From contig JAZDHG010000040.1 of the NCBI GenBank assembly GCA_043806135.1, positions 1-63,055 of the forward strand: a DNA stretch of 63,055 bases, written 5' to 3'. The notes below the pieces were generated by a model, which was given only the letters and a program-made list of their open reading frames with translations, was not told the DNA's origin and searched no databases. The DNA is from Candidatus Omnitrophota bacterium (GTDB lineage: Bacteria > Omnitrophota > Gorgyraeia > B26-G9). The position numbers and the translations under genes were made by a program. This document shows, one piece after another, positions 34,378 through 43,464 of this stretch; the first letter of the stretch is position 1; every line of letters starts with the position of its first letter.

Positions 34378-34755
34378 ATGAGAAAAAATTTATCCGTAAT
34401 AATTTTAATCCTTGCTTTATTATTCATGGCTACGCAGGGAGTGCGTCTTTTTGCTGAAGAGAAAGATGCCGCATCTTCGGTGATTACTTTAGGGGCGAAG
34501 ACTCAAAATGTATATGGCGCGGTGGGAAAAGTTGATTATGTTGATTTTAAGGCACGAGGAGAATCAATCATAGTGCTTAAAACCAGTAAAGGTGAGTCCA
34601 TAGAGGTTTCCCTTAAAGAACTAAAGAACGATGCGACGGTTCTGGCAACTTTTCGAAAGGAGACAGATAAGAAGGGAAAAGAAAAAAATTCGCTTGTTTC
34701 CTTAAGTATTGTAAAGACGGCTCAACAGGAAAAAAAGCCGGAGAAAAAAAAATAA
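34378..34755 (+). CDS. Exported hypothetical protein
   Basis: SD gaggagg; signal peptide. Confidence 0.75.
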   Translation: MRKNLSVIILILALLFMATQGVRLFAEEKDAASSVITLGAKTQNVYGAVGKVDYVDFKARGESIIVLKTSKGESIEVSLKELKNDATVLATFRKETDKKGKEKNSLVSLSIVKTAQQEKKPEKKK

Positions 34756-34786
34756 AATGATGTAAATAATGGACTATCCGTTTCTG

Positions 34787-34824
34787 AAAAGTGTAGAGAG
34801 TTATTGACCTTTCTCTACACTTTT
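34787..34824. terminator. Bidirectional terminator-like hairpin
   Basis: aaaagtgtagaga / tctctacactttt. Confidence 0.65.
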
Positions 34825-34861
34825 GTAATATTAAAATAACATCTAAGCATTGTAAACGATT

Positions 34862-34940
34862 CGGGGCATGGCTCAGCTTGGCTTAGAGCGCTTGGTTTGG
34901 GACCAAGAAGTCGGTGGTTCGAATCCACCTGCCCCGACCA
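34862..34940 (+). tRNA. tRNA-Pro(TGG)
   Basis: cggggca/tgccccg acceptor stem, cttgg-ttTGGga-ccaag anticodon arm, TTCGAAT loop, CCA. Confidence 0.95.
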
Positions 34941-35025
34941 GTTGATGGGACTTGAGTATGGGGATTGGGGTTTAGAGTTAAATTGACTTTATACATTAGG
35001 CGTTTAACTTTTATATAATTACGGG

Positions 35026-35102
<77 letters not shown>

Positions 35103-35113
35103 AAAAAACAGGG

Positions 35114-35181
35114 ATAAATCGTAAGTTGTAAGTAATAAGTTTTTAATAAATGTTTTTACGTATGGCTTAAGACTTAGGACT
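35114..35181. repeat. Inverted heptamer arrays (TAAGT core) between tRNAs
   Basis: ataaatc gtaagtt gtaagta ataagtt ... gcttaag acttagg act. Confidence 0.45.
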
Positions 35182-35190
35182 GATTTTTAT

Positions 35191-35268
35191 GGTGGGTGTA
35201 GCTCAGTTGGTTAGAGCACAAGATTGTGGTTCTTGGGGCCGTGGGTTCGAATCCCATCATCCACCCCA
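35191..35268 (+). tRNA. tRNA-His(GTG)
   Basis: G-1 and C73, caaga-ttGTGgt-tcttg, CCA. Confidence 0.95.
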
Positions 35269-35307
35269 TTTTCTAGATTTTTATTTGTTTGAGAGAGAGG
35301 GAAAAAT

Positions 35308-36069
35308 ATGCAAAGAAAATATTCGATGGTGTTCGTATTTATTCTCTTGTCAGTAATTTTTGTCAATGGTGTTACGGCAGCAACAAAAAAGCAACAAGAA
35401 GAGACTCCTTACGTAGCGAATTTCAATTATACGTCGGATTCTCAGTCCGCGACTAGTTCTACGGGAGTTACAATCGCCACGATAGGTATCCCGACTTATA
35501 TTACAAACAGCAAGGAGCTCTGGTTTAATACACCGCAATTTGAGAATTTTCAAAAGGCGCTTAAAGAAGACCTGCCTAAACTACTTACTGCAAAAGGTTG
35601 CGTCGTCAAGGGGTCTTATGATTCTTATGAAATGATACCTTATCCGGATAAGAAAAAAATTGATTTATATTTAACGCCGACAGTGGCATTATTTATTACT
35701 TCAAAAGGGCCGTCTGAGATCCTTCCCAAGTGGGTAGTTGGGATGGTGAAGATAAAAGGCAAGATTATGCTGGAGTTAAGGGAGGTCGTCACCAAGGAGC
35801 TTATGTGGTCGAAGACCGTTGAATTTGAAGAATTCAAATTTCCCGTATATAGCATTAAGTGGGCGGAAGGAACTAACGTGCACAAGATAAACGATGTGAC
35901 AGAGAAGGCAGTATCGGTGAATGACGTTACGGTAATGAACGAGGTGGCAAAGGGCATTGAAAAACAATATCCCGCAATCATGGCTAGCTTTTTTAAGCTC
36001 ATCGATCCCGAAGAAATGATCATGATAAAAAAAGAGTGCCAGGAGCTTAAGAGCAAAAAAACAAATTAA
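35308..36069 (+). CDS. Exported protein, possibly HpaA-like adhesin fold
   Basis: Signal peptide; ALKEDLPKLLTAKG...YPDKKKIDLYL resembles HpaA-family pattern (recognised by eye only). Confidence 0.6.
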   Translation: MQRKYSMVFVFILLSVIFVNGVTAATKKQQEETPYVANFNYTSDSQSATSSTGVTIATIGIPTYITNSKELWFNTPQFENFQKALKEDLPKLLTAKGCVVKGSYDSYEMIPYPDKKKIDLYLTPTVALFITSKGPSEILPKWVVGMVKIKGKIMLELREVVTKELMWSKTVEFEEFKFPVYSIKWAEGTNVHKINDVTEKAVSVNDVTVMNEVAKGIEKQYPAIMASFFKLIDPEEMIMIKKECQELKSKKTN

Positions 36070-36175
36070 GCGAGAGGTTTCCCCTCGGCTCATACGAGAG
36101 GAACCCCAAAATAAAGTGATTATTTAAACGTAAATGTTGTTTATTAGCAACCGTAAAAAAGAAAGATAGAAAGAT

Positions 36176-37264
36176 ATGAGTAATGAATTAAAACCTCTTG
36201 TTCTTGGTGACTTGAAAATAAAGGTCCCTATAATTCAAGGAGGGATGGGGGTTGCTATTTCAACAGCTTCTTTAGCCAGTGCAGTGGCAAATTGCGGTGG
36301 AGCAGGCACAATAGCCAGTGTTGGGCTTGGTTATGGATCTCAGGAAAATGAAACTGACTTTGTTAAGGCTTCAAGAGAAGGACTGCAAAGCGAGATTCGC
36401 AAAGCAAAGAAATTAACTAAAGGAGTTTTTGGAGCAAATATTCTTGTTGCTGTCTCAAATTATGAAGATCTGGTTAAGGTAGTGGCGGAAGAAAAAGCCG
36501 ACTTTCTTGTCTCCGGAGCAGGGCTTCCCCTAAAATTACCCGAATTTGTAGAAGGCTCTTCCGTTAAAATAATCCCTATTGTTTCATCTGCCCGGGCGGC
36601 AGAGGTAATATTAAAAACCTGGAAAAAACGATATAATCGTTTTCCGGATGCTATAGTGGTCGAAGGCCCTCTTGCCGGAGGGCATCTGGGGTTTCAATTC
36701 GAGGAATTGACTCCGCCAAAAGATAATATGCTTGAATTCCTGGTCAGGGAAGTGATAGAGGTTGCGCGTGAATATGAGAAGGAATATAAACAGCAGATCC
36801 CGGTTATCGCAGCCGGTGGAATATTCGATGGAAAAGATGCGGCCCGATTTTTTAAACTGGGGGCAAAGGCGGTGCAAATTGCTACGCGATTTGTAGCTAC
36901 ACACGAGTGTTCGGTTCCCGATGAGTTCAAAAAGCTTTATCTCGATGCCAAGAAAGAAGATATTGTGATTATTAAAAGCCCAGTTGGCTTGCCGGGAAGG
37001 TCGATAAAAACATCTTTGATCAAACGCGTTCTAGAAGGCAAAAGAGAAGCATTCAGGTGTGGTTATCGTTGTTTGAAAACCTGTGATCCGTCAACTGCTC
37101 CTTATTGCATAGCAAAAGCACTGTTCAATGCTGTAACCGGGAAAATTGATGATTCGGTTGTTTTTGCCGGAAGCAATGTTTACAGGATAAATAAGATAGT
37201 CTCTGTGAAAGAGCTTATGGATGAAATTGTCGGGGAAACTATTGCTGCTTTGAAGAAGTCCTGA
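36176..37264 (+). CDS. Nitronate monooxygenase/FabK-like FMN oxidoreductase
   Basis: IIQGGMGV, SGAGLP, EGPLAGGHLG, IAAGGI and CxxxCLxxC motifs. Confidence 0.88.
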   Translation: MSNELKPLVLGDLKIKVPIIQGGMGVAISTASLASAVANCGGAGTIASVGLGYGSQENETDFVKASREGLQSEIRKAKKLTKGVFGANILVAVSNYEDLVKVVAEEKADFLVSGAGLPLKLPEFVEGSSVKIIPIVSSARAAEVILKTWKKRYNRFPDAIVVEGPLAGGHLGFQFEELTPPKDNMLEFLVREVIEVAREYEKEYKQQIPVIAAGGIFDGKDAARFFKLGAKAVQIATRFVATHECSVPDEFKKLYLDAKKEDIVIIKSPVGLPGRSIKTSLIKRVLEGKREAFRCGYRCLKTCDPSTAPYCIAKALFNAVTGKIDDSVVFAGSNVYRINKIVSVKELMDEIVGETIAALKKS

Positions 37265-37412
37265 AGGATTACCCCCCCAAGAGTAATCCTGCCTGATGTT
37301 ATAAAATTTCTTGCTGCACCTTGTAAACTTATATTTTTATGGTATACTTAATCGGATTTATCATAAGAACTTAATTGATGAAATGAGTCCGGATTTAATT
37401 CTGCAGGGAAAT

Positions 37413-37802
37413 ATGATGATGGAAGAGCGAAGAAAACATATGCGTTTTGGTGCAAATATCAGCGGTGAATTCCATGTCCGCAATACTCAAACCAGGGGAT
37501 TATTGACCGCTGATAATTTCAGCCGCGGTGGCTTTAAAGCAACTTTGAACCAAAAGATCGAACAAGGAGTGACCCTGGATTGTGAAATGACGTTCCCAGA
37601 GACAATTATGCCTTTTTTCTCGAGCGGAAAAGTTGTCTGGATGAGGGATTGCACCGAAGCGAACAGTTCGAGGTTTGACGCTGGTATTGAGCTGGAATCA
37701 ATGGATCCGACCGAAAGACAATTCCTGATCGATTACTGCTATAAAAAATGGAATAGCTCAAGAGATAATAAAAATAAAACAGAATTTGATCTTGAGACCT
37801 GA
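37413..37802 (+). CDS. PilZ domain c-di-GMP receptor
   Basis: RRKHMR (RxxxR) and NFSRGG motifs; GKVVW. Confidence 0.8.
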   Translation: MMMEERRKHMRFGANISGEFHVRNTQTRGLLTADNFSRGGFKATLNQKIEQGVTLDCEMTFPETIMPFFSSGKVVWMRDCTEANSSRFDAGIELESMDPTERQFLIDYCYKKWNSSRDNKNKTEFDLET

Positions 37803-37915
37803 AACACACCCCGTAATTTTCTGAATTTTCATAAACCCACTATTAAACTACTTACTCGACCCTTTAAAATTATTCTGTTATAATTATTATAAACAGAAAG
37901 TATTAAAGGATTGGC

Positions 37916-38017
37916 ATGAGACCTCAAAGACAAGTTATTGCTTCTGCATTCTCAGGTATAGCTATTTGGGTAGCAGGGAGGAATCTGCTGGCAGGGGGTA
38001 TTCTTAATTTGTTCTAA
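37916..38017 (+). CDS. 33-aa hydrophobic micro-ORF or truncated membrane-protein remnant
   Basis: SD aaagga; MRPQRQVIASAFSGIAIWVAGRNLLAGGILNLF. Confidence 0.4.
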   Translation: MRPQRQVIASAFSGIAIWVAGRNLLAGGILNLF

Positions 38018-38176
38018 TAACTTATAAATCATTAAGTCATAGAAAACTATTCAACTTAATTAAGCATGACCCAAATAATTTGTCCGGAAACTTTTATTTT
38101 TTTATATGGAGAATGAGTAAGAGGTTTGAAGTAAATAAGCTGTTTAAAGCGGTTGTAAAATAAGAAGAGGCAAAAG

Positions 38177-38677
38177 ATGGAGGTAGAGAAATCAATACTT
38201 ACAAGACGTTCAGCGCGTTCCTTTAATAGGAGGCCGGTAAACGAAGATGATATCCAGGCGGTTTTGAAAGCAGCTGTATGGGCTCCGTCCGGACTTAATA
38301 ATCAGCCGTGGAGATTTAAAGTCATCAGGAATGATATTGAAAAGGATGGACTTGCTGGGTTTACAAAATACGCTTATATAATAAAAGAAGCACCTGTTTC
38401 TATCTGTGTCTTTTTGGATAAAACTGCGGTTTATAATCGTGAAAAGGATATTATGGCGATCGGCGCATGCATTCAGAATATGCTGCTTCAGGCACATGCT
38501 ATGGGCCTTGGCAGCTGCTGGCTGGGGGAAATACTGAACAGAAAAGAAGAAGTGCGGGAATTTCTTAAAATTCAGCCGGAATATGAACTTATGGCTGTGG
38601 TAAGCTTTGGATATCCCAAAGGAAAACCGCCCAAAGGCTCAAGAAAAAAAATGGAAAGTTTTATGTTTGAGGGATGA
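38177..38677 (+). CDS. Nitroreductase family protein
   Basis: RRSARSF, APSGLNNQPW and GLGSCW motifs. Confidence 0.92.
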   Translation: MEVEKSILTRRSARSFNRRPVNEDDIQAVLKAAVWAPSGLNNQPWRFKVIRNDIEKDGLAGFTKYAYIIKEAPVSICVFLDKTAVYNREKDIMAIGACIQNMLLQAHAMGLGSCWLGEILNRKEEVREFLKIQPEYELMAVVSFGYPKGKPPKGSRKKMESFMFEG

Positions 38678-38709
38678 TTTGCAGGGAAAGGATGAAAAAG
38701 GTTTAAAAC

Positions 38710-41640
38710 ATGAAAATATTGATTAAAAATACGATATGTCTTATGCTGATAATAAATATATCGGGCGGATTTTTATTTACAAAAAATATTTTTGCCGATG
38801 CAAAGAGTAATAGCGTTCTTTCTACGCAGCTTTCCAATCAAATAATTAATGAGTCTGAAAAACTTCTTTCTCAGGATCCTAATGTCCGTGCTGAGGCAGC
38901 ATATAATCTGGGATTGATCAAAGAGCGGGCTGCCGGAGCGATTCCAGCGTTAATAAAATTAATTGATGATCAGACTGTAGTCAATTGGCTCTCAAATAAG
39001 GGGAAAATACGGCCTGGACAGAGCCATGTCTTTGAAGAAGTCATAAGGGCTCTGGTTAATATCGGAGCTGCCTCGGTACCATTTTTGATAGAAACACTTG
39101 AAAGCGGAAAAAGCTTTGTGCGCAATATGTCTGCCAAAACGCTGGGTAAGCTTAAAAGCAGTCTTGCAGTTGAGGCGCTGGTATTAAGCCTGTATGAATC
39201 TGATGCCCAGCTTAGACGCAATGCGGTGATGGCCTTAATCAGCATTGCAGATATTCATAGCGTAGAAATTCTTATAGGTGTACTTGATGATGAAGACCCT
39301 GAGATTCGTAAATACACAGTTATTGCTTTGGGGCAGATCAAAAATCCTCTTGCAGTCAAAGCGCTATCTTTTGTGCTGACTGACGATGAGGATATTAATG
39401 TGTCAAAAAAAGCGGCCGAGGCATTGGGCAATATTAAAGACCCTTTAGCTTTGGAAGCTCTGCTTAGTGTTTTACCCAGAAGAAAATATGCAAGAATCCA
39501 AAATACAGTCATCAGTGCTTTGGGTCAACTACAGGATAAAAGAGCTACGGGCAAACTTATTGAAATCCTTGGCAGTGCCGGAAATTTTAGTAATGTGGAA
39601 GAAGCGGTAAAGGCATTGGCTAAAATAGGGGATAAGAGTGCAATAAGTGCCTTGAGAGTTATTGCGGAAGGACAGGATGTTTCTTTAAGTGAGTTGGCTC
39701 TCAATGCTATTGAACAAATAGACAAATTGCAAAGCACAAAACTACTGAGCCAATACTTAAAAAGCGACCGTATCCTACTGCGCCGTCAGGCAGCTTGGAT
39801 GTTGGGTGAGGGCAGAAATCCGGATGCTGTAGGTGTCTTGATCGATGCTATGCAAGACAGTGATCCTACGGTGCGCAGTTATGCGGCAAGGGCATTGGGT
39901 AAAATGCAAGTCTTCAGCGCATCGGTTGGATTAATAAATTTACTAAGCGATTTGGATCAAATAGTGAGCAATTATGCCGCGTGGGCATTGGCAAGAATAT
40001 GCAGCGAAAATTGGGATGTTTCGCTTATAGAAAATCTAAAGCATGAGAACAGCCAGGTTAGGATGTTAATTGCCGGGATTCTTGGGCAAACCGGAGATAA
40101 AAGGGCAGTAAAGGATCTGATAAATGTTTTACTTTACGATAAGGCAAGACAGGTACGTTACTATGCCGCATGGGCATTAGGAAATATAAAGGATACTCAA
40201 GCGGTTGAACCTTTAATCAAGGCTCTTGAAGACGAGGACCATGTTGTTCGCAGTTATGCGGCTTGGGCTCTGGGAAATATGCAGGATAACCGGGCGCTTA
40301 AACCCTTAAGTAAAGCGGTTGAGGATACACACTGGAGCCTGCGCTGTGAAGCGGTAAAGGCATTGGGAAAACTGGAAAGTTCCCAGGCACTTGATGCGTT
40401 TATGAAAGCTTTAGATGATAAAAACTGGCTGGTGCGATTTCATAGTTTAAAGGCGCTTTCGCTTATAAAAGATGATAGGTCGGTCTCTGATATAATAAAC
40501 GCACTTAAAGATCCCCATCCAAGTGTCCGTTATCAGGCTGCCTGGAGCTTAGGCCTTATCGGCAATAACCTGGCGGTAGATCCTCTGCTCATTGCGCTTA
40601 AAGACAATCATTGGAAAACCCGTTATCATGCGGCAAAGGCATTAGGAGAAATACCAGATGTTAGGGCTATGGGCGCGTTAATGAATGCATGCTATGACAA
40701 GCATCCTGTTGTGCGTTCACAGGCAATAGAATCTTTGGGGAAATTAAATCAGCCCCAGGCTGTTGAAATTTTAACACTGGCTTTGGAGGATCAAGAATGG
40801 GGAGTCCGCTATAAAGCAGCGGAAGCCTTGACTGATTTTGAAAACAAACAAACTGTGGAGGCTTTGATCAATGGATTACAGGATTCGGATGATTCAGTCA
40901 GACAAAGAATTATCAGAACCTTGGAAAAATTCCACAGCAAAGTAACCCAAGATACATTGAAAAATGGGATGAAGACCAGTAATCCTGTAATACGCAAGTA
41001 TATCACGGATATTCTGGGAAAACAGGAATACTCTGAAGAAGGCACAGAAAAAAATGTTGATGAAAATAAAGAGAAGATTATGGTGATGCCGGATATGGAA
41101 AATACGGAGAGTAAGCTTGGGTTTGAAAAGCTTGTGCAGGCTTTAAAGGATAAAAACTCATTAGTGAGAATAAGGGCGGCAAGTTCTCTGGCTAAACTAA
41201 AAGATCTTCGCGCAGTTGAGTATCTTTTGCCGATGTTGAAAGATTCTAATTCCTCAGTGCGTTATGAGGTTGTGCTTGCTCTTGGTGAATTAAAGCAGCC
41301 TTCTTGCGTTGATGCATTAATCGGAGTTCTTAAAGACAAAGATACATCTGTGCGCTACCAGACGGCATTGGCTTTGTCTGAGATCAAGGATCCTAAATCA
41401 GTGACTGCGCTTATTGAGGCTTTAAATGACACGCATTGGTCTGTGCGTTATCAGGCTGCGCTTGCCCTGGGTGAGATCAAGGATATTAGGGCTGTAGCGC
41501 CTTTGATCGTGCTTTTAGATGATCAAAGCAATCTCGTGCGTGAAAATACCGTTGAAGCTTTGAGGAATATAACCGGGCATTCTTTTGGACTGGATAAAGA
41601 AAAATGGCAGACCTGGCTTAATGAAATAATAACCCCTTAA
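38710..41640 (+). CDS. Exported HEAT/PBS-lyase repeat protein
   Basis: Signal-like N-terminus then many L.D....VR..AA.ALG.I.D..AV..LI repeats. Confidence 0.9.
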   Translation: MKILIKNTICLMLIINISGGFLFTKNIFADAKSNSVLSTQLSNQIINESEKLLSQDPNVRAEAAYNLGLIKERAAGAIPALIKLIDDQTVVNWLSNKGKIRPGQSHVFEEVIRALVNIGAASVPFLIETLESGKSFVRNMSAKTLGKLKSSLAVEALVLSLYESDAQLRRNAVMALISIADIHSVEILIGVLDDEDPEIRKYTVIALGQIKNPLAVKALSFVLTDDEDINVSKKAAEALGNIKDPLALEALLSVLPRRKYARIQNTVISALGQLQDKRATGKLIEILGSAGNFSNVEEAVKALAKIGDKSAISALRVIAEGQDVSLSELALNAIEQIDKLQSTKLLSQYLKSDRILLRRQAAWMLGEGRNPDAVGVLIDAMQDSDPTVRSYAARALGKMQVFSASVGLINLLSDLDQIVSNYAAWALARICSENWDVSLIENLKHENSQVRMLIAGILGQTGDKRAVKDLINVLLYDKARQVRYYAAWALGNIKDTQAVEPLIKALEDEDHVVRSYAAWALGNMQDNRALKPLSKAVEDTHWSLRCEAVKALGKLESSQALDAFMKALDDKNWLVRFHSLKALSLIKDDRSVSDIINALKDPHPSVRYQAAWSLGLIGNNLAVDPLLIALKDNHWKTRYHAAKALGEIPDVRAMGALMNACYDKHPVVRSQAIESLGKLNQPQAVEILTLALEDQEWGVRYKAAEALTDFENKQTVEALINGLQDSDDSVRQRIIRTLEKFHSKVTQDTLKNGMKTSNPVIRKYITDILGKQEYSEEGTEKNVDENKEKIMVMPDMENTESKLGFEKLVQALKDKNSLVRIRAASSLAKLKDLRAVEYLLPMLKDSNSSVRYEVVLALGELKQPSCVDALIGVLKDKDTSVRYQTALALSEIKDPKSVTALIEALNDTHWSVRYQAALALGEIKDIRAVAPLIVLLDDQSNLVRENTVEALRNITGHSFGLDKEKWQTWLNEIITP

Positions 41641-41829
41641 ATTCGATTTTTATTTTATGGTTTTTTGTGTTATTATAATAAATGTAACCAGTTACGGATA
41701 GTTAAAGGGATCACCTGCAAGATGCGGTTTTGAAGTTATAAGGTATAACCCGCCGCTTAGATAGATAAGACCGGATTTTCTGATTTAAATAATATTAGTT
41801 TTATTGAATATTGAATTAGAGAGGTGAGT

Positions 41830-43437
41830 ATGGGAAAATACTCTTTTGAAGCAGCCATTTTTGATATGGACGGTGTTATAACAAGGACAGCTATAGTTCA
41901 TTCAGATGTCTGGAAATTAGTTTTTGATGAATGTTTAAAAGAAAAAGCAGTTTTAAGCGGTGAGCCATTCAAGGAATTTACTCATGCTGATTATCTGCAT
42001 TTTGTCGATGGTAAACCAAGATTGAAGGGGATAAAGAGTTTTTTAGAATCACGCGGGATCGATCTGCCGCTGGGCAGTGCGGATGATGCTCATGATAAAA
42101 AAACAATACACGCAATCGGCAATAAAAAGAATGAAAAATTCAGAGAGGTTCTTAAAACTAATGGGGTGCATGAATACAAGGCCTGTATTGATTTTATAAA
42201 AGAGCTCAAAAAAAACGGGATTAAGGTCGGAGTAGTTTCTTCTTCTAAAAATTGTGAGTTTATTCTTGAGGCCGCCGGAATTCTGGAGTTATTTGATACT
42301 AGAGTTGATGGAGTTATATCTGAGAAAATGGGGCTGGAAGGAAAACCAGAAGGAGATATATTTGTTCAGGCTGCTTTGAACCTGGGAACGTCTCCCGGCC
42401 GCAGTATGGTTTTTGAAGATGCCATATCAGGGATTCAGGCCGGTAGAAACGGCGGATTTGCTTTTGTGGTCGGGGTGGCCAGAAGCGACAATATAGACGC
42501 TTTAAATGAAAATGGCGCAGATGTGGTTATAACTTCTTTTTCAGTGTTGAGCCTGGACAGAGTACAGAAGTGGTTTGATAAAAAACCGGTTTCTTTATTT
42601 GAGTGCTGGAATAAAAAAATAATTAAAAACGCATACGCAAAATTCAAAGGCGATAAAAATGATCTAACAATCAATCCTAAGTATTTTGAAACGCCTGATT
42701 CTATATTCAAGCCAGACAAGAAAATAGTATTTTTCCTCGATTATGACGGAACACTTACCCGGATTGTCGATAGGCCGGATCTTGCAGTTATTAGTGAACA
42801 AATGCGGGAGCTGGTAAGGAAGCTTAGCGTTAAATTTACCACGGCTATTGTCAGCGGCAGAATGCGTGAGGATGTGGAAAAACTTGTAGGTGTCGACGGC
42901 ATTTTTTATGCCGGAAGCCATGGGTTTGATATCCGCGGCAAAGGTTTTTCGATGGTGCAGCCAAAGGCAAAAGAAGCTATTCCTGTAGTTGATAAAGTGA
43001 CCGGAGAGTTGAAAGCGGCTCTTTCTGGTATAGACGGATTGATTATTGAAGAAAAAAAGTTCAGCGTTGCCGTGCACTACCGTATGGTTAAAGAGAAACA
43101 TCTGCAAAAAATAAAAGAGCTTGTGGAAAAAGTTGTTGATGAAAATGAAACATTGCGTCTGATGAACGGGAAAATGGTATTTGAGATTTTGCCTGCCATT
43201 GACTGGAATAAAGGAAAGGCAGTATGCTGGATAATGAAGGCTCTTGAGCTATCCTGGGAAGACCATGCTGTTTTTTATATCGGTGATGACACAACAGACG
43301 AAGATGCTTTTAGAGCGGTAAACAGCAGGGGTGTGGGGATACTTGTGAGTGATCAGGAAAGTATATCCTCTGCTCAATTCCGACTGGCTTCACCGGATGA
43401 AGTGGGCAAACTTTTTAGACAATTGGTAGAAAGTTAA
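41830..43437 (+). CDS. Beta-phosphoglucomutase-like HAD / trehalose-6-phosphate phosphatase fusion
   Basis: FDMDGV, GKP and FEDA in domain 1; FLDYDGTL, VSGR, HYR and GDDTTDED in domain 2. Confidence 0.88.
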   Translation: MGKYSFEAAIFDMDGVITRTAIVHSDVWKLVFDECLKEKAVLSGEPFKEFTHADYLHFVDGKPRLKGIKSFLESRGIDLPLGSADDAHDKKTIHAIGNKKNEKFREVLKTNGVHEYKACIDFIKELKKNGIKVGVVSSSKNCEFILEAAGILELFDTRVDGVISEKMGLEGKPEGDIFVQAALNLGTSPGRSMVFEDAISGIQAGRNGGFAFVVGVARSDNIDALNENGADVVITSFSVLSLDRVQKWFDKKPVSLFECWNKKIIKNAYAKFKGDKNDLTINPKYFETPDSIFKPDKKIVFFLDYDGTLTRIVDRPDLAVISEQMRELVRKLSVKFTTAIVSGRMREDVEKLVGVDGIFYAGSHGFDIRGKGFSMVQPKAKEAIPVVDKVTGELKAALSGIDGLIIEEKKFSVAVHYRMVKEKHLQKIKELVEKVVDENETLRLMNGKMVFEILPAIDWNKGKAVCWIMKALELSWEDHAVFYIGDDTTDEDAFRAVNSRGVGILVSDQESISSAQFRLASPDEVGKLFRQLVES

Positions 43438-43464
43438 AAGAGAATTGTTAGAGAAAGTATAAAA

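Noticed and set aside
41685-41780. Possible riboswitch in the trehalose-cluster leader
   Set aside because: Only short, weak hairpins and no recognisable aptamer consensus or terminator
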